Source of the DNA: Octopus vulgaris
Lineage: Eukaryota
Reading direction: 5' to 3'
Assembly: GCA_951406725.2 (NCBI GenBank)
Contig: OX597833.1
Span: 31,682,001 to 31,746,000, forward strand
Length of the DNA: 64,000 bases
The translations under genes were made by a program, and so were the position numbers. The stretch's first letter is position 1, and the number at the start of each line of letters is the position of its first letter. This document shows positions 14,020 to 25,437 of the stretch, in pieces. The notes under the pieces are model-generated. The model made no database searches and was not told where the DNA came from. It worked only from the letters and a program-made list of their open reading frames with translations.

Positions 14020-14631
14020 TTTCAAATTTTGGCATAAGGCTAGCAATTTTGAGGAAGAGTGTAAGTCAATTACATCAACCCTGTGTGCTCAACTGGTACT
14101 TATTTTATTGACCCTGAAAAGGTGAAAGGCAAGGTCAACCTCAGTGGAATTTAAACTCAAAATATAAACATAAACATAGGCGCAGGAGTGGCTGTGTGGT
14201 AAGTAGCTTGCTAACCAACCACATGGTTCCGGGTTCAGTCCCACTGCGTGGCATCTTGGGCAAGTGTCTTCTGCTATAGCTCCGGGCCGACCAATGCCTT
14301 GTGAGTGGATTTGGTAGACGGAAACTGAAAGAAGCCTGTCGTATATATGTATGTGCGTGTGTTTGTGTGTCTGTGTTTGTCCCCCTAGCATTGCTTGACA
14401 ACCAATGCTGGTGTGTTAACGTCCCCGTCACTTAGCGGTTCGGCAAAAGAGACCGATAGAATAAGTACTGGGCTTACAAAGAATAAGTCCCGGGGTCGAT
14501 TTGCTCGACTAAAGGCGGTGCTCCAGCATGGCCGCAGTCAAATGACTGAAACAAGTAAAAAAGAGAGTATGAATGAAATGCTGCTAAGCATTTTGTCTGG
14601 CGTGCTGACAATGCTGCCAGCTCGCTGCCTT
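14020..14631 (-). mobile_element. SINE family A, interrupted by a family B SINE
   Basis: The halves 14020-14170 and 14569-14631 join to give the same element as 5617-5816. Confidence 0.75.
14179..14568 (+). mobile_element. Full-length CORE-type tRNA SINE, family B
   Basis: A box TGGCTGTGTGG, B box GGTTCAGTCCC, CORE-like CTTGGGCAAGTGTCTT, internal TA/TG tract and a LINE-like tail GGCGGTGCTCCAGCATGGCCGCAGTCAAATGACTGAAAC. Confidence 0.9.
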
Positions 14632-14764
14632 AACATGATTGAAAATAATACAATATGCACAGCAGTGTCTATTAGAAAACGTAAGATAAAATACTTAACA
14701 GGTTTTAAGCCTTTTCCAATGGAATGTAGACAGTTGTGAATATATATTATTATTGTGTTTGTGA

Positions 14765-14945
14765 GGGTGGCAAGCTGGCAGAATCATTAGCATGCTGGAC
14801 AGAATGCTTAGCAGTATTTCGTCCATCGCTATGTTCTGAGGTCAAATTTCGCCATGGTTGACTTTGCCTTTCATCTTTTCGGGGTTGATGTAATCGACTT
14901 AATCCCCTTCCCCAAACTGCCTTTGTGAAAAACGATTGAAATCAT
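14765..14945 (+). mobile_element. SINE family A copy
   Basis: GGTGGCAAGCTGGCAGAATCATTAGC...GAGGTCAAATTTCGCC...GCCTTTCATCTTTTCGGGGTTGAT. Confidence 0.75.
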
Positions 14946-15609
14946 TATTATTGTCTTTGTATAAGAGTGTCCTGATGTTTCACTGTTGATCACTCATCAG
15001 AGAACTAGAACCTACTCATTTTTCTGCTATAATTTGCATTATTTTGTCTCATGTAAGTCCTGAATTAGTCTAGGAACTATAGAACTAATGGCCTGCAGGT
15101 AAACAACACTTTAAATGTCAAGTGAAGTTCACTTGGTGGGTATGAATTCAATTCTAGGGCCAGCCAGTTTTTATATAATTTGGTACAACCAGCATCACAT
15201 GTATAATACTAAAACCTCTGGTATGGATAATGGAATGAGAACAATCTACCACTGAGGATTTAAAGGAATTGGTTAAAATTCCTAGTAGGAAGCAGGATAT
15301 CAGTAAAACATGACTTTTAACAATTAAGATGACATAAGGATACCAGTTTAAATAATGATAATTCCTCATCTCAGACTTTGATCAAAATCACAGGTAATAT
15401 ATAAAAGGAATGTGAAGAGACAAACGTGGAAGATCTACAGAGACAAATGTGAAGTGAAAATGCAACCTGCAGTAATCTTGATGCAACTGTGTCTTGAAAA
15501 TAACCTTGATTTTTGGTACAAAGCAAAAGCAACATAATATATGAAATAAAACGGAGCTTAGGGTAAATAACACACCACAATTTTTTTTTTTTAATTGTAA
15601 ATTGTCAAC

Positions 15610-15895
15610 AGGTGTGTGGTAAGAAGTTTGCTCCCAATCATATGCTTCCAGGTTCAATCCCATTGCATGGAACCTTGGGCAAACCAAAGCCTTATTAGTA
15701 AATTTGGTTGACAGAAACTAAAAGAAGCCAGTTGCATATATATGATGTAATTTAGCAGTTCAGCAAAAAACCACTGACAGAATAAATACTAGGCTTTAAA
15801 AAACTACTGAAATTGATTCATTCTACTAAAAATTCTTCGAGGTGGTGCTCCAGCATGGCTGCAGTCTGATAGCTGAAACAAGTAAAAGATAAAAC
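15610..15895 (+). mobile_element. CORE-type SINE, family B, with internal deletions
   Basis: Head, core and GGTGGTGCTCCAGCATGGCTGCAG...GAAACAAGTAAAAG tail match 14179-14568. Confidence 0.75.
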
Positions 15896-16147
15896 AACTG
15901 TTAGTGTTGACATAACATTTATGAAGTGTTGTTTTGCTTGTTGATAGTGGATTATTTAGTCTCCATGAGAAATCTGTAACTGTCCTGTAGATATTTCGAC
16001 ATCAGTAAACAATAAAATATATGTGAATGTAGTGTCAGCTATTTTGGAAATGTGCTTTTATTTTGTACTGGAGGTCAAGGATATTTTGAAAAGAAAGCTA
16101 GATTGTCCATCCTGCATCAGTATAGCTATAAGCTCTGCTCCTGAGAA

Positions 16148-17200
16148 CAGGGTTTCCCAACCTTTGTTGTCAATACTCCCCTGTCAAATTAAATTTCAAA
16201 TAAGATACTGAATTCATCTTACATAGAAAGATAACGCTTAGGTATTAGTGCAAAAGCAATTTTAATACTGTCTTAATTTCTATTATAAATACCATTGATA
16301 AAAATGCAAAAACAAAGCAACTTTTATTTGATAGTTTATCTCAATGCTTTCAATGTGACGGTTGACTTTGTTGTTTACTGGCTAAAGCTCTTACACGAGG
16401 TTCCATGCTGCTTAGAAGTTATCGTAGATCTCGTTTTGTAATTTGCAGGCAGTTTCTTTGTATAGTTAGAAGCTGTGTAACTGCGTTGAACCAACATTCA
16501 GCCATATAGGAAGTTGGAAAAGCAGTGATGAAAAGTTTGATGGCTTCCCACAGCTTAACATATCTTTCAGAAATTTCTTTTTGTAGCCAGAATTCCTGGT
16601 ATGATTTTTTGAAGTGGGACTTCAATTCAGTCTTTTTTTAAAGTAATTTACTCCTCTTGTATCGCAGAGTCAGCTTCATTTGTATAATCGTCAGGTTTAT
16701 CAACCAGTCAGGGATTTCCATACTAATGAGGTCTTGACATCTACAGCTCATGTTGTTATGCAAAGACTTCAAATGGTCACAATAAATGAAAAGGTCATCA
16801 TCTGATATAGAGATATCAGCCTCATGATTATTTTCTAATTGAGCAAGATTTGGAAATTGACATAGCTTCCGACAACCAACATTATGTCTAAAGAGTGAAA
16901 GCTTGTCCATGAATGCATGAATAACCAATTTTGCTTTGATAAAATTTATATCACTGCCTTGCAATTTCAAATTTCAATCATTGAATATATTGAATGAATT
17001 CTGTAAGTAAGGTAATGTCACATTTGCAAGCTAAGAGATCTTCACTCAAATCTTCATATTTTCTCTCCTGAAAAAATTGTATGACTTGAATAAAATCACT
17101 TCAAACACTTGCCTTTCGGTAACCATCTCACCTCAGTATTTAAAAGAAGACGATCAAATTCTTCATCATTGTTGTTGCAGAGTTGTCGAAATATTCAGGA
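16148..17200 (-). mobile_element. hAT (Charlie/Buster-type) transposon 3' half, transposase pseudogene
   Basis: LLLNTEVRWLPKG, KLQGSDINFIKAK and EFWLQ...AFPTSYMAECWFNAV (dimerisation domain) motifs. TIR CAGGGTTTCCCAAC starts at 16148. Confidence 0.85.
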
Positions 17201-17374
17201 ATTATGGGGGACCACATTTTATTTCGGTTTGAACGGCAGTAAATTGCTATGATAACAATACCAAGTGCATTTAAAACTAAAAAATTAGCATTTGTTAACT
17301 CTAAAGCAAAAAAAAACATTATAGTTTTTGGGTTCTCAAGGCCAAAAAAGTTGATTTTATAGTTTTGACACTTT

Positions 17375-18354
17375 TTAACCCTTTTGTGTTTAAACGAGCC
17401 AAAATCTGTTGTATCTAATTCCTCTACAAAATCCTTTAAAAAATAAACAAATCAAGTTAGTGAATTTTCATAGCTTTGAGATAATGTGAGAGCTTTTCTT
17501 CCAGAAAGCACAGAACTGAAAGAATAGCAAAATTAACTGAGGCGGATGTCAACAGAGAAAATACTGACTTCCATAAAGTGGAAAAATAAATGGGAGGAAA
17601 AAGTTGGTAAATATTTTGGTGTGAATGCAAATAGCTGTTACGTGGCAGCAGCCAAATATTTACTTTTCTGGAAAAAGGAGCCGTTTACACATGATTTTGA
17701 TGTCACATTCATTGAAAGCATGCAAAATAATCAGGAAAAGAAAAGACGACCCTGCAAAACAAAACTCCCTTGTGGGAAACTTTGAGGTCCCCACCACTCC
17801 TCCCACCTTTCCAGAAAAAAATGGCTTGTGGCAGGTTTGGAGGTCAGATACGTTGAATGCACCCCAAAAAAAACTGGAAAAAATTAATCCACACCAAGGT
17901 ACAAAATATTTACTGAAAGAATAAAACCATGAACCAATTATACCTGTATTTTAATCAATTCAAACTAATGTACCTCATCTTGAAAAGTGGCAAAATTTTT
18001 GTCAGTTGCCATCTAGGATAATTTTAGTAATAAATCAAACAGGTAAGATGCATTAAGAATTTCAATTTTAGTGTTTAACCATGTTATTGCTTTCACACCT
18101 GTTAATTAAATCTACCTGCCCATAAAAACCAAATTTACTCAATAAGATCAGCTAAAATTACATAACTAAACCAATGGTATATAAAGCACCCGCTGACAAA
18201 ATTTCAATTTGATTTGGTCAGCCCGAGACTATCGTAGAAGACACTAGCCCGACGCGTCACGTAGTGGGACTGAACTCGGGAAGCAAGCTTCTTACCACAC
18301 AGCCACTCCGTTACATTTTCAAAGAATTAAAGGTTTAACGATTAAAGAGGTTAA
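17375..18354 (+). mobile_element. Possible piggyBac-derived remnant
   Basis: TTAA|CCCTTT left end and AAAGGTTTAA / AAAGAGGTTAA near 18330-18354. Internal peptides only weakly resemble a piggyBac transposase C-terminus. Contains a minus-strand SINE B head at about 18210-18308. Confidence 0.4.
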
Positions 18355-18497
18355 CTTATCGATTAACAGTGCCCACCTCTGTATATATGCATAGAGACGT
18401 CATAAAATACACATAATATGAATGTTAACGTATTAATTCACATTCTCCCCATATTTAATAACGAACCATGTAATCCACATTCTCGAAAACATATTTC

Positions 18498-18924
18498 GGA
18501 TCTTTTCGATTTGAACGGCAGTTTTGGATCTTTTCGGCTTGAACGGCAGTTTTTAACATAATTTCTAGGTAACTAAAAAATTTTAAACTTCGTATACTGG
18601 TAGAATGTGTTTATAAAACATCTTTTTCTCTTGGCTTTATTGAGAAAATTCTATGGTTTGTAAGATATTTGTTGTTTTTTCTTCTTCAATTTCTACCAAT
18701 CAATGACGTCTATTGAGGTAAATAACATTCTGTGCCGTATGAATATGTCCCTCGTTTAAGAAACAGATTGGATTTATTTACATTTGTGAAGAAAAGATAC
18801 CCTTCCCCCACCCCTAACCCTAAAAGAGATTGAAATGCAATAGATCGATTCTAGGGTCATAATTATGGGTGACAATTTCATATGACACCGCTAGAAAAAA
18901 CTGCCGTTCAAACCGAAAAGATCC
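18498..18924. mobile_element. MITE with 28-bp TIRs and 8-bp TSD (Merlin-like)
   Basis: TIR GGATCTTTTCGGTTTGAACGGCAGTTTT at both ends, with the left TIR tandemly doubled. Perfect TSD CATATTTC at 18490-18497 and 18925-18932. A second copy lies at 30404-30796. Confidence 0.88.
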
Positions 18925-20664
18925 CATATTTCTATAAAATGTTGGGTGTGGCTGTGGGGGAAAATTCCGAGCTCCCCCCCCCCCCAATAGTTTTGTGGCA
19001 TATTAGGTCAGCATAAATTCATTCAACGAAAAAAAAATTCGACGCCAATATTCCAAACGCATTCGCTAGTTCGCATGCATAGGTGATTTGTAACCCAACG
19101 CATAAATGAGTGTGGATGTGGCCTCTCCACATACTAGAAATAACAGACAAGTCACTGAAGTGTTGAACATACACATCCATTTCTTTTTTATCTCTCGCAT
19201 TTGATAACAGATAACCTGGTTTGGGAAAGAGGCCAAAAATGGGTGGTGTGCGTATTCTTTGCCACCGCCGTATTTAGTAATATGGAGACGCTTTTGGAGT
19301 TAAGAATCTACTCCATCTTCTATATTCTGATCATTACTTTCCTCCCCACTTGTTTCGTTATTTCGCCAACGTACTTTCACGATGAAAATGAAAGTTTTTC
19401 CCGCTCCCTTGCCCCATCCACTTAATCATGATAAAAATTCAATGATTTAATTAAAAGAGAAACAAGAATTAAAACTTATTAATGCATCATCCTAGTGAAT
19501 GGCTTGGTGGTGACTTTGCTGTTATCCCTGGCATGTCGGACGACCATATTAAGGCCATCTGAATGTGGTGTGATCAATGTTTGTTATAGGAAGGGCACCC
19601 AATATACTTAGGTAGATTTGTGACACTTGAAAAAAAAGGATGGGTGTTCTTTCGGAATTACTAGAAATAACAGCCAAGTCTTTTTTGATTTTAATTACAC
19701 ATTAACTAATACAAAAACGGTTGTGAAAAAACATTTCATTTTTCAAAATTCCAATTCTTACATATACAAAAGTATATTCAATCGACTTTTAACTTTCATT
19801 TGTGCATGCATCTATTTCAAGCAGTTCAATAAATAAGATTCAATAAAATAACGGAACTCGAGACTTTACTAGTCAATGTACATTTCTGAATTCAACATAA
19901 AGGGCAAGTATTTACTTAATCAAGAAATGTGTTTTCCACGCTTACCATCTCATCAGTAATATAACTTGAGAAAAATGTATATACTGCCATTCGCAGAGTA
20001 TTTAAATGAAATTTTATATTTTTCCGTCACTTTAAGCTGAGAAATTACTCAACTAGAGACGTGTATCTCGGATAATGCAGTCCTATATTCATTATTGCAT
20101 TAAGAGACGAGATAATCACAGATGCGGAACAATTACAAACGAAGCAGATTTCATTTCCCAAGTTCCTATATAAAAATTCTACTTGTATACCGAACTTTGA
20201 AAATATTAACCATTTCATTTTTCTCCGAAAGCCGAACTCAACACACATGACATCGATTTTCTACCAACAGCCAGTTTTCTCATACTGTTTGCTTTCTTGC
20301 ACGTTATTTCGTTAAGTAAACATTGTCTCACCAACAAATCTATGTTCTAGCAAAAAATTAAAACGGGCTGATAAAGGTCTTAATACGCTTTAATAGCCAT
20401 CACTCGAGATAATGTTAACAAAAGAGGTGTCTCGACAAGATGATCAACAGACATGACTAAACAACTAAGATCTATAAAGGTAATTTCTGACAACATTAAT
20501 TTAGTTGATTTTATTACTACCCACAAGGGGCGAACATAGAGGGGACAATACAATCTGATGTGGGGTCAGACATACGGATGGTTTTTACAAAAAATCGGAT
20601 TTAAAAATAACATGAAATTACAAGAATATACACAAAATCGAATGATGAAACAACATTAATTTAG

Positions 20665-20856
20665 TTGGCGCCAAGAAATTCAAAACAAAACTTATCAGGT
20701 ATCATGGGAAATTTGGATTTTTTTTTTGTAATCTCGTTATAACGAGAACGACAACAAGACCTAAAGAGAAAGGTAGGGGGAAAGTTACGTTCGTACGAGG
20801 TGTTGCAACTATAGTTGTAAGCAATTTTTGGCGCGAGACTGTGACTACTATATAAG
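20665..20856 (+). promoter_or_regulatory. H2A.X promoter: E2F-like sites and TATA box
   Basis: TTGGCGCCAA at 20665-20674, TTTGGCGCG at 20827-20835 and TATATAAG at 20849-20856, about 50 bp upstream of the ATG. Confidence 0.6.
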
Positions 20857-20905
20857 TCTTGTTAGTAATTCAAATTGTTCATTTCTCTCTCGCACTTGAA
20901 CAACC

Positions 20906-21325
20906 ATGTCTGGACGAGGAAAAGGTGGAAAAGTTAAGGCGAAGCCTAAGACCCGTTCTTCGAAGGCTGGACTTCAATTCCCTGTTGGTCGAATCCATCG
21001 TTTGTTAAGAAAAGGCAACTATGCCCAACGTGTTGGTGCAGGAGCTCCTGTCTACTTGGCTGCCGTGATGGAGTATTTAGCTGCTGAGGTGCTCGAGTTG
21101 GCTGGCAACGCTGCTCGGGACAACAAAAAATCTCGAATCATCCCCCGTCACTTGCAGTTGGCTATCCGCAACGACGAAGAGCTGAATAAACTCTTGTCTG
21201 GTGTCACGATTGCTCAGGGCGGTGTTTTACCAAACATCCAAGCTGTCCTTCTTCCGAAGAAGTCTGCTGCCGCCGCTGTTTCCAAGAAGTCCGACAAGAA
21301 AGGGTCTCAATCTCAGGAATTTTAA
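20906..21325 (+). CDS. H2AX: Histone H2A.X (intronless, C-terminal SQEF)
   Basis: Intact 139-aa ORF with a full H2A fold (SGRGKGGK...[14 protein letters not shown]...[18 protein letters not shown]) and an extended tail ending KKGSQSQEF, the SQE(Y/F) signature. Start context CAACCATG. Confidence 0.97.
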   Translation: MSGRGKGGKVKAKPKTRSSKAGLQFPVGRIHRLLRKGNYAQRVGAGAPVYLAAVMEYLAAEVLELAGNAARDNKKSRIIPRHLQLAIRNDEELNKLLSGVTIAQGGVLPNIQAVLLPKKSAAAAVSKKSDKKGSQSQEF

Positions 21326-21375
21326 GATTCCATACGTCGTCTCGTTTTTACTACTTTTTTTTATATTTTCATCTA

Positions 21376-21420
21376 CCAAACGGCCCTTTTAAGGGCCAAC
21401 AAAGCCATCCGTAAAGTCTG
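21376..21420 (+). terminator. Histone mRNA 3' stem-loop with candidate downstream (U7) element
   Basis: CCAAAC-GGCCCT-TTTA-AGGGCC-AACAA (stem-loop at 21382-21397) fits the SLBP-binding consensus. AAAGTCTG lies about 15 nt downstream. Confidence 0.9.
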
Positions 21421-23344
21421 ACATTGTCTTCTGAATTCGTGCGATTTTCTTCAGATACATATGGTGTCCGCTTTGCTATCATTGTTAAATTCAGTTTGCA
21501 TCTAATTTTAATAACTCTGTGTTGACTTTTTAATAGTATTTTTTCTTTATATTAAAATTATCTTTATAATGTGGGATTTTGCTCTTATCTCTAAACTCTC
21601 CCTGAAAGAACAGTAGTGGTGTTGGTCTTCCTGTCCGTGTTTTGTTTCGAAAGTCTTTCTAAAGAATTCTTAATGGAGAGAGTAACAGTGGGTGATTCTC
21701 AAATGCTTTGTAACAGCATTGGAATGAAAAGATATTACTAAATTGTTTAGTAAATACTTTCTGCTGTATGTCATGGTCGTAAGATTCTTCATGCTTACTA
21801 CAGCTTTACGATATCGCGCTCCGTTTGTGGTTCGAGTAGGTTTAGACTATTTCGTACGAGGGCGAGCTTCAAAATTTTTTATTAATCCAACTTTAAAATG
21901 TAACTTACACATACGTGAACATTTGCAGCACTCGTAATGAAAAGGACTGAAAGCTATCAGTGCCAAATTTTGAGGGAAGGGGTGCGGTCTAAATATAAAT
22001 TCTACATAATATGGATAGTAATGGTTGACCACATTGTTGCATAGGCAACGAAAGCAGAAACTTAGCTGGTTTTGACTTTTAGTGTATTCTTTTAAGCCTT
22101 AGAAACCAATTTAAATTTGAAAGTTTTCTACCTACTTTGTTAGGCAAAACAAAGATTACGCTGAATATTTTGGACTGCAAATCCGTACTTAAGAGGGATA
22201 AGGGCCTGTTTTTGACCACAGTCGGCTCTGATCAAAGGCAAAAGTACTTCCCTCTGATCTTTAACATAGACAATACAACCTTGACTGCGTTATCCAGTGT
22301 AATCTAGAGATTTGACTGCTGTGGAGCAAGCGACTTAACTTTTGCCCTTCTATGATTTTATATTCAGTCAATTATCGGAACTACCATTTTCAGTGTTGCA
22401 AAGGTGATGGTTGTAGTATAGCTGTAGATAAATTGGAATTTCATACGCCGCGTCCACGTGATTTCTAGGATTGATCAAAGATATTTCTGTTATGACCATC
22501 TCGTCTTGGTTCGTCTTAAAATGTACGTGTGCTTTAAGTGAGATTTTAGGGTAAAGTTTTACAATCACAATCCCACGTCAAATTAGATTGCAATCAACTT
22601 TATTTACAGGGCCGTGTACATTTTTGATGAAGCATTTAAGGTATATATTCCATAAACAACAAAGCCCTTCATCTCCCTCTCTCGTTTGTCTCCACTTGCT
22701 AATCTAAAATCGTCAATATTTTCTTAGTAAATCACATGGTTACAAATTCAATTCTACTGCTTGGTATCTTAAGTCTTCTATAACAGAATGTCTAATGCCA
22801 AGTAGTGACGTAGCTATTGGGGGACAGACAGCTCCCTGGCGCCTTTTCAATTCGAGTTACCTATATCAGTAATTGTTTCATACATCTTGATTGTAACAAG
22901 ATATAACAGAATTATGTCCCTTCAATTGCATATAGAAGTAGTTCAGATCTAAGATATAGATTAAAAGATCTGCTTGTTTTAATTATTATTGAAAACAGTA
23001 TGACAATGACGTGTTTTACTGAAACGTGAAATTAATTAATGTAGAATACAATTACGTATATTATAACTAATGAAACATCGCTTAATGTTAAGAGAAATAA
23101 GTTAATCGTTTGGTATGTCACGGCGCCCTTTTTTCTCGCTTCTCCTAACTTTAGGACCTGACAACACCTTTGAAGCCATGTGTATCTGCGTTGTATTAAC
23201 ACTACTTATCAAAAGAAGTGTTAATCCTATAGATTAGATTAATCTGTACCAGTTTTAGAAATAAGTTTTGGGGTTGGTAAGATCGAAAAAATCCTATGGC
23301 TACAATGCATAACAAAAAATCGGTGTGGATTGATAGATAGGTAC

Positions 23345-23710
23345 AGGTGCAGGTATGGCTGTGTGGTTAAGAAGCTTGCTTCCCAACAATGTGGTCTTGA
23401 GTCCAATTTCGCTGTAGCACCTTGGGTAGGTGTTTTTTACTATATTTCTAGGCCAACCAAAGGTGGGGTGGAAACTAAAAGAAACCTGTCAAACATGTAT
23501 CCCTTTGTCTTCATATGTGATGGTGGTAAATGAGCATCAGTCATACAAGCAATGCTGCCCGTTTCCGGTCTTTCATGAAAGGTTTGTCTAACCATGGGGA
23601 AATATTATCTTGAAAACAGGTGAGGGATAGTAATAAGGCATTTGACTGCAAAAGAAAAAACTGCCTCAAATTGTCTAACCTATACAAACATGTAAAAGTG
23701 AACATTAAGC
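23345..23710 (+). mobile_element. Diverged CORE-type SINE with a different 3' part
   Basis: Head CAGGTATGGCTGTGTGGTTAAGAAGCTTGCTTCCCAAC resembles family B; the 3' half differs. Confidence 0.6.
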
Positions 23711-24219
23711 ATTTATATAAAATCTCAACCTATTTTCAATGTGCAAGTTGTGGACGATGTGAATAATTTGGGCTGTGTGGTCAGTAGTGATGGCAGTCTA
23801 GAAAGTAATGTGAACAGCAGAACTGGCAAAGCAGGGTTCATACTCGAATATATTCGCCAAATATGAGCAACAACAAACACCACTTCTGACATGATCTAAT
23901 TATGTAATATGTATGGAAAGTATCAACAAAGGCTGACAATGTAAACAGAAAGCCCTCAAAAATCACCTAGTAAAATTGAATTATGAATAAGGAAATCTCT
24001 CTGTGAAGCAAATCCCAGCTTTTACAGAACACTGGGGTACTGCATTAGCTTTTCCTAGCAGACTATATCTTGTACCTGTCATCCACTTGGCATACTAAAT
24101 CGTGGCAATAAGAAAGTGGTTATGTTCAAAATAGGGTTGATGGTTAATACAAAATGTTTCAGAATTCAAATATCTTACAAAGTGCATCAACATATTTCAC
24201 TCCTGCTTGACAGGATTAA

Positions 24220-25437
24220 GGGGGGGGGGGGCATAATGGGTCATTTGCTAGATTTTCATTATTTTTCTCCCAACTTCAAACCAGGAAGTATGAATAGTAG
24301 CCATTATGAATTGTATCATCCTTCCTGCTAAAAAAAATTTGCACTCTTCCTGGTCACTTCTTTTCAAGCTCTTCATTCTGAATCACAGACTTCAGTCACT
24401 AAACCAACCAATTTTCAATTGTAAAATGAAACTTGAAACTTTGCTGTGCTGCAAGAAGTACTGCAGATTTGGATTTATGGTACTAAAGATATGTTCAGAG
24501 AATCTTTGCCTGTGTTTTATTGGATAATGGAAATTTCCTTGGAAATTCTGAAATTCAAGTAAATTTAAAAGCAGAGCATATTGGGTCACTTAAAGTATAG
24601 CTCATGGGCTTCTATAAATAGAAGAAAAGAAGTAAGGAAGTGTGAAAGTGTTTTAGCAGCATCTTTATATAATTATTGATATTTACACAGAAACAAGTTT
24701 GAGACAGAACATGCAGTGAAGAAGCAGCAAAAGTCTTAGAGTGGAAAGGAAGGAGGATTACTTGCTCCAAAATGGCAGAAAACAGGTAGTGCAGAATGTG
24801 ACAATAATGATGGTTACCAGATAATGCATGTAATTCAGAGGAAGAGGACACTGAGTACTCCATCTGCAAGAGATGCTGAAACAGATAATGACATTTGGTT
24901 GCTGACCTTTGTGATATTTATGTTTGCCCTAAGTGTATTCCAAGGTGTTCAGATGTTAAGCAAGAGCTCTGCAAGAAGCATACAACGTAATCTGGACTCC
25001 GTGTGTTGAATGGAAGACTTTATCATGACTAATTTAACTTTCAAAGTGACTGTTGTTCTGTAAACATGGTTGTTTCTTTATTTTGATAAAGGTTGAGTTT
25101 TTTTTAACTTTGGATATCACTCACATTACTTTATTGTTTGCAACAGTCACCCACAATTTGTCAGTTTTATCCAAATATTGCTCTGTGTTTCATTCCATTT
25201 GTGAATGAATCATTATGTCTCACCAAATGTTGGAATTTCACATATTTACAGTAGTTCAAATATTGTTATGAATATATGAAACAAGCATTTAAAATTGTCT
25301 CCCATTCCATCGGAAATGCTTATCAGAATCATGATGCATTTTTGCATGTTAATCCATGTTAACTGTTACATGCTGGTTTTTATTTGACACAATTTTCAAA
25401 ATTTTGAAAAATTGATACATTATGCCCCACATTCGCA
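24220..25437. mobile_element. Possible TTAA-flanked non-autonomous DNA transposon (Kolobok-like)
   Basis: Imperfect TIRs GGGGCATAATGGGTCATTT and AAATTGATACATTATGCCCC, each with an outer TTAA. No recognisable ORF. Confidence 0.4.

Noticed and set aside
14969-15005. Minus-strand CTGATGA...GAAA hammerhead-like core
   Set aside because: Stem I is plausible but stems II and III do not pair convincingly, so it could be chance.
18808-18825. CCCTAA/TTAGGG telomere-like repeats (also near 30505)
   Set aside because: Only two units, internal to the MITE; not a telomere or a meaningful interstitial array.
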